Part shown: piece by piece, positions 55,530 through 64,000 of the stretch | Position numbering within the stretch: the first letter of the stretch is position 1 | Layout of the letters: each line of letters begins with the position of its first letter | Assembly (NCBI GenBank): GCA_965237955.1 | Contig: OZ250169.1 | Span: 4,128,001 to 4,192,000 of the forward strand | Reading direction: 5' to 3' | Source of the DNA: Candidatus Marinacidobacterales bacterium | Lineage (GTDB): Bacteria; Acidobacteriota; Vicinamibacteria; Marinacidobacterales; SMYC01 | DNA: 64,000 bases | Translations under genes and position numbers: made by a program | Notes under the pieces: generated by a model | Seen by the model: only the letters and a program-made list of their open reading frames with translations | Databases searched by the model: none | What the model was told of the DNA's origin: nothing

Positions 55530-56690
55530 ATGATCGACACACACAAGACCCTCTTCACCGCCGCGCTTTTCCTCGTGGCTTTCTCTGTAAGCGCTCAAGA
55601 GAGACAACTCGACGCCACAGAGCGCCTTCTAGCCGAGCTGACCAATGCCCACGGCGTTCCCGGATTCGAGAGTGAAGTCAGACACATACTCCGGAGAGAG
55701 TGGCAAGGCCTGCTCTCGAACCTTCACACCGACGGGATCGGCAACTTACTCGGCTCTCTTGCGGGCTCATCGGGTTCTCCCCGGGTGCTCGTCATGGCCC
55801 ACATGGACGAAGTGGGTTTTCTCGTCCGACACATCGACGAGCAAGGCTTCATCTACTTCCACAACGTGGGCGGCTACTTCGCCCAGAGTCTCTTGACCCA
55901 ACGTCTGTCCATCCTGACCGCGAACGGACCCGTCCTCGGGTATACCGGGATGAAGTCAGGACATATCTTGAGACCCGACGAGCGCAATCGGATGATCCCC
56001 CTCGAGCGGATGTTCATCGACGTGGGTGCGCGAAGCCGGGAGGAAGCCCAAGGCATGGGAATCCGGCCCGGGCTTCCTATTACCTACGCCACCGAGTTCG
56101 AGGTCTTGAACGGGACGGGACGCTATCTCGCCAAAGCTTGGGACGACCGGGTAGGCCTTGCCGTCATCACCGAGGCGCTTCGCGAGCTGAGAGACGCCTC
56201 TCACCCGAACGAGGTTCACGTCGCCGCAACGGTTCAGGAGGAGATCGGGCTCAGGGGTGCCGCTGTCGTGGAAGCGAGCACCCACCCCCACATCGTGATC
56301 AATCTGGAGATCGGAATCGCCAGCGACTTCCCTCTCATGACGTCGCCTACACTCTCCCAAGAAGCTCTCGGGAAGGGCCCCGGCATCTTCGTCTACGACC
56401 GGAGCATGATTCCGAACAACAACTTCGTGGAGTGGATCATCGAAGTGGCCAAGGAGAGCAACATTCCCATTCAGTTCGAGTCGGTCTCGGGATACGGAGA
56501 GGACGCCTCCGTGCTCCAGCGCTCGGCCCAGGGCATTCCCGCTGTCAACATCGGTATTCCCACCCGATACGGGCACAGCCAGTCCGGCGTCATCGCCCGG
56601 CGGGATTACGACAACACGGTGAAGCTCGTGGTGGCAATGATCGAGAAGCTATCAACAGCCGAGGTGGAGTCCATCCGAAGCTTCGACTAG
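55530..56690 (+). CDS. M42-family aminopeptidase with signal peptide
   Basis: AGGAGG RBS; AHMDEVG, KAWDDRVG, QEEIGLRGA, TRYGHS. Confidence 0.92.
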   Translation: MIDTHKTLFTAALFLVAFSVSAQERQLDATERLLAELTNAHGVPGFESEVRHILRREWQGLLSNLHTDGIGNLLGSLAGSSGSPRVLVMAHMDEVGFLVRHIDEQGFIYFHNVGGYFAQSLLTQRLSILTANGPVLGYTGMKSGHILRPDERNRMIPLERMFIDVGARSREEAQGMGIRPGLPITYATEFEVLNGTGRYLAKAWDDRVGLAVITEALRELRDASHPNEVHVAATVQEEIGLRGAAVVEASTHPHIVINLEIGIASDFPLMTSPTLSQEALGKGPGIFVYDRSMIPNNNFVEWIIEVAKESNIPIQFESVSGYGEDASVLQRSAQGIPAVNIGIPTRYGHSQSGVIARRDYDNTVKLVVAMIEKLSTAEVESIRSFD

Positions 56691-56989
56691 GGAACTTGCC
56701 CGTGATGAGAGCTCTACCCCTCATTTTCGTTGCCACGGTGTGTTCGGGTCAGGATTTCGCCGTACAACGCCGTAGTACTCCGCACCCGCGAGATGCTCTC
56801 GAAGCTCAGTTACTCTCATGGCTCTCTCTCGGTATCACGCCCCCGGTTAACCTGACTCCCCCAGCTCTCTTTTGGTGTCGGCAATTTGGTGTTCGATGAC
56901 TTCCAGCCCGGCTTCTCCAGGGGTTCAGCCGCCGGACACTTTGGCGAAATAAAATCCTGCATTGGGAGGAGTCCTCAATCGTGGTTTAC

Positions 56990-57923
56990 AACGGTTCTTC
57001 ACCTTCAGACGGCGTTCCGGAACTTCTTCGCTAACAGAGCCCGCTATCCGCGATTCAAGAGAAAGGGGGTACATGAGAGATTCTATATCGGCAACGATCA
57101 CGTGAAGCTCGACGGCAAGCGTATCTGGATCCCAAAGCTCGGGTGGGTACGGATGCGAGAAGAGCTACGTTTCCGAGGCTCGGTGGTCTCGGCGGTGGTA
57201 TCGCGGACGGCGGACAAGTGGTTTGTGAGCCTGGCGGTGGAGCTCGAAAAGATGCCTCAGCGTTGCAAGAGCCAAGCAGCGGTGGGTGTGGATTTGGGTA
57301 TAAACCGTCTGGCGACCTTGTCCACCTTGTCTGGCGCGGAGAAAATCGAAGGGCCGAAGCCCCTGCGGCGAGAGCTCAAAAACCTTCGGCGAAGTTCCCG
57401 GCGTTTGTCTCGTAAACAGAAAGGGTCGAAAACCCGCGAGAATGCTCGGTTGACGCTGGCCCGGCTTCATTACCGTTTACGCTGCATCCGTGAAGACGCC
57501 TTGCACAAGCTGAGCACGTACCTGACGAACAACTATGCGGCGATCGCCCTCGAGGATTTGAATGTGAAAGGCATGTTGTCGAACCGTCGTCTCTCTCGGG
57601 CCATCGCCGACATGGGGTTCTATGAACTCCGTCGGCAGCTCGAGTACAAGGCCGTGCTGCGAGGAAATCACATCGAGGTGGTGGACCGCTGGTTTCCCTC
57701 GTCAAAGATGTGCTCGGCGTGCGGCGAGGTGAAGAAAGCTCTTCCTTTGAGCGTACGGAGCTTCCGATGTGAAGCGTGTGGCTCGACGCTCGACCGAGAC
57801 GAGAATGCGGCGAGGAATCTTTTGCGTACGGTGAGCTCCACCGGAACTGAAGCCTGTGGAGAGGGAGGCTCTGGCTCCAGCATACGCTGTAGCGAAACCA
57901 TCCTCTGCGAAGCAGGAACCTAG
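56990..57923 (+). pseudogene. tnpB: TnpB RNA-guided nuclease, N-terminally truncated
   Basis: RuvC motifs GVDLG / IALEDL / DRDENAA and a CxxC-CxxC zinc ribbon; homology starts near LQTAFRNFF. Confidence 0.9.
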
Positions 57924-57957
57924 GCCTGATCAGATTTGATCAGGTTTTGGAGAGCGG
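57830..57957 (+). ncRNA. Putative omegaRNA / IS607-type right end
   Basis: GCCTGTGGAGA...GAAGCAGGAA, hairpin CCTGATCA-GATT-TGATCAGG, end GGAGAGCGG; the 5' boundary is approximate. Confidence 0.6.
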
Positions 57958-58249
57958 TGTGACTGTATCCGTAGGCTTCCAATCTCCCCACAAAGAGGCG
58001 GTCTGAACCGCTTTCACGCGCCCCTACCCTTCTGATATCCTCGACGAGCCTCACCAACCCGGATTAGCCCATGCAAGCCGAGGAAATTGGAGGGACACGC
58101 TTCACGATGCGCTATGGAATTTCCTATCCCTCCTCCGAGACGGCCTTGACGTCGTCGTAGTAGGTCTCGAATAGCTGATAGAGAGGGCTCGCTCGAGCGT
58201 TGCGCGGTCGGTAGAGAGAAGGTGGCTCAAGGGTGTGGCACGCGGTGCC

Positions 58250-58525
58250 CATAGGCGAAACACTTTTTCAATCCAGTAGTATCCTGCTTCGACCAGCTCT
58301 TTCTCGGGCAAGCGCTAGAGCGCCTCCGCCTTGCGCACTTCGTCACGATCGTAGGGACCGATGCAAAAGATCGTGTCGTACCCATCGAACGCCTTCTTGT
58401 TGTATTGAAAATGAATGCTCCCCACTCCGTGAAACAGGTGCACGTAATTCACCGGATTCCGGCTTCGCTTCACGGGGTAGAGATCGAGATCCGGCATGGT
58501 CATGACGAGCACGCGTCCGTCCAGT
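58250..58525 (-). pseudogene. CDP-glycerol glycerophosphotransferase-like fragment
   Basis: VMTMPDL...YVHLFHG...AFDGYDTIFCIGP...L*RLPEKELVEAGY. Confidence 0.6.
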
Positions 58526-58760
58526 CTCTGAAGCGCGGAAGCGAGAAGGTGATGGATGTAGAAAACTTTGATTCTGGAGTTGGCCGCAATTGAGCCGACA
58601 GATACAGGTAGGATCGCGAGAGATGCGCGATAAAGGGAGGGGCCTGTTGGTATGTGGACACGCCTCCCGGTGCGGGCGGATAGGGAGCCGCCTCTTAAAG
58701 GGAAGCGTAAGTGGCTAGCGCCGGCCTTGTCCGGTGCAAGAAGCGTGCAGTCGGTTAGCT

Positions 58761-59449
58761 CTATGGACGGCGCCGTGTGAGTCCGAACGCGGCTAGTCCC
58801 ATCAAGAGCATGGCGAGCGTGGCCGGCTCCGGAGCCGTTCGTATCGTCGAGATGGCTCCAACGGCGTCGATGTCCGCTCCAACGCTCAGACCGCCGGTCG
58901 CGCCCTCCATCGGATCGTCCCTCAAGCGCACGAAGCGGAACAGGTCCGAGGAGCCGAAACCAAAAGCATCGATGTCGATTCCGCCGGTCGTGCCGAAGAC
59001 ACTGCCGACACCGAACCAGGCGACGCCATCCATGCTGATCTCGACGAACGTATCTTCGATATCGGGCCCCACTTCGAAGATCCAGAGATCGAGGTCTGCG
59101 CTGTCGCTACCGGTGAGAAGGTTATCGGTGAACTCGAGCGCGAGCCGTCCACCGCTTCCGAGTGATACGAACGGACAATCAGCGGGAATGCCAACACAGG
59201 CTCCTATGGTGTATCGCCCGGTACTTCGGGAACTCCCAGGGCATTCGTTGGCTCGCTGTTCGCGGCACTCGGGACGGCCCCGCCACCAAACGACGGGTCA
59301 TAGTCGAAGACGGAATCGGCGAACGAAACGGCACCTTCGGGGAAATCGACGCCGCCAATCAGGACCGCGCTCGCGTTGGTCGGTACGACGAGCAAAACTG
59401 CCCCCAACATGGCGACCGAAAGCCAATAGACCGGATTTGTTCGCGTCAT
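58761..59449 (-). pseudogene. PEP-CTERM surface protein with stop/frameshift near 59200
   Basis: Signal peptide; FVSLGSGG; terminal PEPATLAMLLMGLAAFGLTRRR. Confidence 0.85.
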
Positions 59450-59744
59450 GAGCTACCTCCAGAATGGCTTGATCCATATGCAAGGTGCGTTCCTGAACCG
59501 GTAACGCGTTTCTCTCCAGGGTTTGCTGGAACGACTTCACGTTGCGCTTTGACAAACTCGTAAAACTTGCCGACAGACCTCTGAGATTCCAACCTCTCTT
59601 CGACGTGGCATTGTTCGTCGATCTGCTTGTTGCTTAGATCTTTGCGAATCGAGGAGCCGGAACTATACGGAGCGTAAGGAAACCGGACACCCTGGCGCGG
59701 GAGGCGTCGCGCCGATCCCGTTAGCCTCCCGATGAACGTTACTA

Positions 59745-60335
59745 CTGAGCGCGTGCGCTCCATCGCCTAAAGGCGATGGGTTCACGTCGCCGACTAAAGT
59801 CGGCTTGTCCTTGCCTCGTTTCACTACTCGCTAACCTTGAAAGAATCGTCGTCCTGGGGCACGGCACCTTGCAACTCTATATACTTCGCTATCACCTCAT
59901 CCGTCACGTTGCCCGTCGTCACCACGAAGTAACCCCGTGCCCATAGGTGCCGACCCCAGAACTCCTTCCGCATCGTCCGAAAGTCTCGCATCAGACGATT
60001 CGACGTCTTACCCTTGATCAACTGCATCACTCGACTCGGCGACAAATTCGGCGGCACGCTCAGTAACAGATGCACGTGCTCAGGCCGCACATGACCCTTC
60101 AGTATTTCTATCTGGTTCCGAGCACAGATCTCCCGGATGAGATCCCGGAGACGAACCGTTACATCCCCTCTCAAGGCCGGCTTGCGGTACTTCGTGATAA
60201 ATACGAAGTGATAGTTTAACTGGTACGTCGTGTGCGATGATTTACGATATCCTTTCACCTGGGGATCGTACCCCAAGCCTCCTAAAGGCTTCGCCTAAAG
60301 GCGAGGGATTTCAACCATCCCCGAGTGAGACATTA
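59745..60335 (-). mobile_element. IS200-type element (tnpA only)
   Basis: Subterminal hairpins CATCGCC-TAAA-GGCGATG and TCGCC-TAAA-GGCGA at both ends; boundaries approximate. Confidence 0.85.
59824..60276 (-). CDS. tnpA: IS200/IS605 Y1 HUH transposase
   Basis: YHFVFITKYRK, HVHLL, LWARGYF, KYIELQ. Confidence 0.93.
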   Translation of the reverse strand: MGYDPQVKGYRKSSHTTYQLNYHFVFITKYRKPALRGDVTVRLRDLIREICARNQIEILKGHVRPEHVHLLLSVPPNLSPSRVMQLIKGKTSNRLMRDFRTMRKEFWGRHLWARGYFVVTTGNVTDEVIAKYIELQGAVPQDDDSFKVSE

Positions 60336-60398
60336 ACGTTCAGGTGCTCGAGCGCGGCCAGCGCTCGGTGATTTGAGGCATCATAGAATTCCCTTGTT

Positions 60399-60566
60399 AT
60401 GACGAAGCCGCACTCACCGGGGACATCAGTGGTCTGCTGCGAAGGTGGAGTGATGGCGACGACGATGTCCTCGATGAGCTGACCCCTCTCGTTTACACCG
60501 AGCTTCGCCGAATGGCTCGGGGGTTTTTGCGGTTCGAGAGGCCCGGCCACACGCTGCAACCCACGG
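60399..60566 (+). pseudogene. ECF sigma N-terminal remnant cut by an rve element
   Basis: GDISGLLRRWSDG...LVYTELRRMA...HTLQPT. Confidence 0.75.
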
Positions 60567-61007
60567 TGTCCCTCATCAATATTGATCCGGACGGGACCTA
60601 GGCCTACGCGGCCCGGCGACGACCGAGGAACGCCGGGTCGACACGTGCGAGCAGTGCCCGGGATCGCACGACCGGCGGGTTCAGACGGTTGAGGACGCGG
60701 TTGTTGAGGGATCCAGCCAGCGACGCGCGGCGACGAGAACCTCCTTACGCAGCGTCCCGCCACTCGTAGCGGTGGTGCAGTCCGCCCACGCGCGGCATGG
60801 CAACCACCTTAGCCGTTGGTGACGGTCGCGGGGTGACGGCTCTTACGTTGGGTGTGTCTTTGGCCAGTCCCAAGTGACATCGGTCTTCGTGATAGTAGGT
60901 GATTTATGCCGAGTACCGGATTATGCCGCGTAGAGGTGGTGCGCGTTGGATCGATGCACGGTTGGCGCTGGTTTTGCGCGGTTGAAGGCATTCTCTACGC
61001 GGCATAA

Positions 61008-61997
61008 TCAAAGGCTCTCCAAGAAGGCGAGTAGCTGGTCCTGAGGGCGGAAGCGTCCAGGCCTTGTATTGGGCAGAGCGGTCTTTGCGAGCGCACGTTC
61101 CTTGATGGCGAGATCTGCGTGCAGATAGATCTGGGTGGTCTCGACAGATTCGTGCCCAAGCCAAAGGGCGATGACGCTGGTGTCGACCCCAGCCTCGAGG
61201 AGCTGAACGGCGGTGGTGTGGCGCAGGACGTGGGGGGATACGTTTTTGTTGATGAGAGCCGGGCACTTCTTGCAAGCGGCGGCGGCGTGCTTTTTGACGA
61301 GCCGTTCGACGGCGTCGCGGCTCAGGACGCCGCCGCGACGGCTGGGGAACAGCGGCTCAGCTGGAGTTGCACGTTGTTGCTTAATCCAGTTTCGGAGAAC
61401 CGCGACTGTCTGAGAAGTGAGAGGCGTAGAACGTTGCTTACGGCGCTTGCCTCGACAGCGGACGTGAGCAACAGATTCAAGAGAGATATCTTCGCACTTC
61501 AGCTGGATGAGCTCCGAGACACGAAGTCCGGTTTGGATCATCGTGAGCAGGAGCGCATGGTCTCGGCATCCGATCCAACAGTTTCTATCGGGAGCTTCGA
61601 GTAGGGCATCGATCTCGGTGCGGTTCAAGAAGCAGACGAGGTTTTTGTCAAAGCGCTTATGCGGGATGGCGAGGACGCGTTGAATGAGGGCGCCATGGGC
61701 CGGCTCTCTTAACGCGATGAAGCGGAAAAAGGAGTGGATGGCGGCGAGGCGAGTGTTGCGAGTTCCGACGCTATTGTTCCGTTCCGTTTCCAGGTGATCG
61801 AGAAACGAGGCAACGAAAGGAGCATCGATATCGGTGAGGAGTAGCGCGGAGGGTGCTTTGAGGAGATGTTTTTCGGCGAAGGTGAGGAGGAGGCGAAAAG
61901 TGTCGCGATAAGAAGCGATGGTGTTGGGGCTAGCCTGCTGTTGCCGGAGTAGTCGATCGAGAAAAAGCGCTTCGAGCAAAGGCGAGAGAGTGGTCAT
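61008..61997 (-). CDS. ritC: RIT tyrosine recombinase C
   Basis: SPNTIASYRDTF, GLRVSEL, HVLRH, LGHESVETTQIY. Confidence 0.88.
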   Translation of the reverse strand: MTTLSPLLEALFLDRLLRQQQASPNTIASYRDTFRLLLTFAEKHLLKAPSALLLTDIDAPFVASFLDHLETERNNSVGTRNTRLAAIHSFFRFIALREPAHGALIQRVLAIPHKRFDKNLVCFLNRTEIDALLEAPDRNCWIGCRDHALLLTMIQTGLRVSELIQLKCEDISLESVAHVRCRGKRRKQRSTPLTSQTVAVLRNWIKQQRATPAEPLFPSRRGGVLSRDAVERLVKKHAAAACKKCPALINKNVSPHVLRHTTAVQLLEAGVDTSVIALWLGHESVETTQIYLHADLAIKERALAKTALPNTRPGRFRPQDQLLAFLESL

Positions 61998-62193
61998 GGC
62001 AGTTTCTCCATAGCGCGTTCGAGTCGTTTTCCGGCAAGCGCCATCAGATCAGGAGTAGCGGTCAGATACCAGTAGGTTGATGTTGGACTGACATGACCGA
62101 GGTAGGTCGACAAAGAAGGCAGTCTCGGCTCGACGTCTAAACCGGCTTCGTACCAGCGGCGAATCGTCTTGACTGCGAACGAGTGGCGTAGAT
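61994..62193 (-). pseudogene. ritB: RIT recombinase B, C-terminal remnant
   Basis: LRHSFAV...LSTYLGH...TYWYL. Confidence 0.85.
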
Positions 62194-63339
62194 GGCAGTC
62201 GTATCGATGCTTCGATGTCGCAGAACAAGCGCAACGTCGGTGAGCGATGTTCCGTTGCGGAGCATCTGCGTTGCTGCAGTATGGCGGAGACGATGACTGC
62301 TGATTCTCCGTAGACCCGCACGCGCTGAGGCCGCAGCGGCGATCCCAGTGACGCGACCGCGAGATAAACGCCGATAGGGTGCCCGGCTCGTAAGAAAAAA
62401 TGCTCTAGATTCTGAGAGTGAGGATGGCCGTCCCCGTTTCAGATATCCGGCAATCGCTTGTCCAACATCGCTGGGCAGAGGTAGCCGCTCATCACTATGG
62501 CCTTTGCCATGGAGGATGAGCTCACCTGCTCGCCAATCGATATCGTCGAGTTGGAGGGCCGCGACTTCACAGCTGCGAAGTCCGAGTCGCGAGAGCAAAA
62601 CCAGGATGGCGAAATCACGGCGACCCACGTGGCGGCGGCGATCGCAGCTGTTCAGAAGTAGCCGAAGCTCTCGAGATGAAATGAACTTGGGCACGCCGGC
62701 TTGTCGCCAACCCGCGACGCCAGGCACTGCGCCTACAAGCTCGCGTTGGAGATCGCCTCGAAGATGCAGGAAGCGAAGTAACGAGCGTAACGCGGTCACC
62801 ACAAGCTTTGTGGTGGCTACGCTCGACGTTTTGGATTCGTGCAGTATGAACGTTGTGATGTCGTCTGCGCCGAGGCAGCCGAGTTCTACGCATTTCGAGT
62901 CAAACCCATGGGATAGGAATTTCTCAGCATACTGACGGTAACAGCGGGCCGTCGAGACTTGGAGCCCGCGCTCTTTGAGAAGGAAGTGCTCGTATTCATC
63001 CAAGAGCTCTTCGACCGTGTTGCGCGTCACCAGAACTTCCGGAATCGACACAACGCCTTCGGCCTCCAGATACTGCAATATCGGTCTGAGCGACAACGGT
63101 GTGAGATGACTCTTGTAACCAGCTTGTCTCCTATCGCCAAAAAACGCCTCGATGCTTTCACGCGTGAGATCGCTCAGCCGCAGCCCAGCGGCAACAAGCC
63201 AACGGCTCAGATGGCTCACCAGATGCAATAAGTTCTTGCTCGTACGCGGTCTATAGCCCTGCGCAAGCAGGTGTGACCAAACTCTGCCGACGAAAGGCAC
63301 GAGTGGGCCGTTAATACGGATGCGCGGTATTGTCGTCAT
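62137..63339 (-). CDS. ritA: RIT tyrosine recombinase A (last residues replaced by deletion)
   Basis: GRRDFAIL, LGLRSCEV, HRLRHT, VLRHRSIDTTAIYA. Confidence 0.85.
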   Translation of the reverse strand: MTTIPRIRINGPLVPFVGRVWSHLLAQGYRPRTSKNLLHLVSHLSRWLVAAGLRLSDLTRESIEAFFGDRRQAGYKSHLTPLSLRPILQYLEAEGVVSIPEVLVTRNTVEELLDEYEHFLLKERGLQVSTARCYRQYAEKFLSHGFDSKCVELGCLGADDITTFILHESKTSSVATTKLVVTALRSLLRFLHLRGDLQRELVGAVPGVAGWRQAGVPKFISSRELRLLLNSCDRRRHVGRRDFAILVLLSRLGLRSCEVAALQLDDIDWRAGELILHGKGHSDERLPLPSDVGQAIAGYLKRGRPSSLSESRAFFLTSRAPYRRLSRGRVTGIAAAASARAGLRRISSHRLRHTAATQMLRNGTSLTDVALVLRHRSIDTTAIYATRSQSRRFAAGTKPV

Positions 63340-64000
63340 AGGACCTCCTTCCCCGGCATTGGCCGGGAAGGCGTCACCATGACACGAGAAAACAGATAGT
63401 TTTATGCCGACCAGAAATCCGCTAAAGACAGCGCCAAAGCGCCTCAGGCCACTCTACGCGGCATAATCCGGTAGTCGGCATACATCAGCTTATGCCGATA
63501 TCGGCATAAGCTGATGTACTCCCTTACAAGTCGGACGAGATGCCGGTCGCCAAGGACCACGACGTGCGCAAGGAGCTCGCGCCGGCAGCTCTCGATCCAG
63601 CGCTCGGCGGTTCCGTTCTGCGGGACTGCGATAAGAAATGCGAACAGACTTTGTGCCTATCGCCTTGATGAACTCGACCACTGCAGAGCTGAATATAGAA
63701 TCTCGGTCGAAGATGAGGTATCTCGGCGCGGTGTCGTATGGAAACGCCTCACGTAGTTGCTGAGTCACCCACGCCGATGTCGGGTGAAACGTTGCGTTGA
63801 AGTGCAAGATATGTCGACGGCCGTGCTCGATGACGAAGAAGCCGTACAGCAACCGAAGCGACGCCGTCGGTACCGTGAACAGATCCATTGCAGCGATGTC
63901 GCCCATGTGGTTCTGCAAGAACGTAACCCAGCGCTTCACTTGGTCGGGCTCGGCCGGGCGCCGCGGCATGTATCGCGACACCGTGATCTCGGAGATGACG

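Larger units (their letters stand above)
60904..63509 (-). mobile_element. RIT (recombinase-in-trio) element with ritB largely deleted
   Basis: 31-bp IRs 60905-60935 and 63452-63482 (one mismatch) containing TTATGCCG boxes; tandem tyrosine recombinases. Confidence 0.88.
60567..64000 (-). mobile_element. IS481-like rve element interrupted by RIT, runs off window
   Basis: TGTCCCT end; ...RHLVRLVREYI | YYHEDRCHLGL...GGLHHRYEW on either side of the RIT. Confidence 0.8.

Noticed and set aside
54906-56690. 594-aa ORF as an extended M42 peptidase
   Set aside because: The likely start is 55530 (RBS, signal peptide); upstream is chance read-through of mosaic scraps
56990-60335. tnpB and tnpA as a single IS605 element, or tnpB as a Cas12 system
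   Set aside because: They are convergent and separated by unrelated genes, each has its own end type, and there is no CRISPR array
6-63981. Numerous overlapping or antisense ORFs in the six-frame track
   Set aside because: Shadow ORFs expected in GC-rich DNA; Arg/Pro-rich with no recognisable motifs

Overview
GC-rich bacterial DNA, probably Acidobacteriota-like (inferred from ECF sigma/Ser-Thr kinase modules, VPS10/BNR proteins, S9 peptidase, PEP-CTERM and TonB-receptor fragments). By my rough tally about a third of the window is mobile DNA: ISL3, two IS21 types, three IS5/IS903-like copies, many IS481-like rve remnants, IS1-like fragments, IS200 tnpA, IS607-type tnpB, a RIT element and three copies of a 125-bp MITE. 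These sit among catabolic genes (sulfatase, SelA-like PLP enzymes, GH2, GH32, peptidases) and many pseudogenes. No rRNA, tRNA or CRISPR was seen. The most notable signals are GCGAAGC-capped folded non-coding cargo in two unrelated IS families, a RIT end with a 38-bp palindrome containing inverted target DNA, a CTAG-targeting MITE, integron-type attC cassettes without intI, locally diversified kinase-linked beta-propeller paralogues, and a secreted kinase-fold gene placed behind an ECF sigma factor. All product calls are by motif recognition only; no searches were run.
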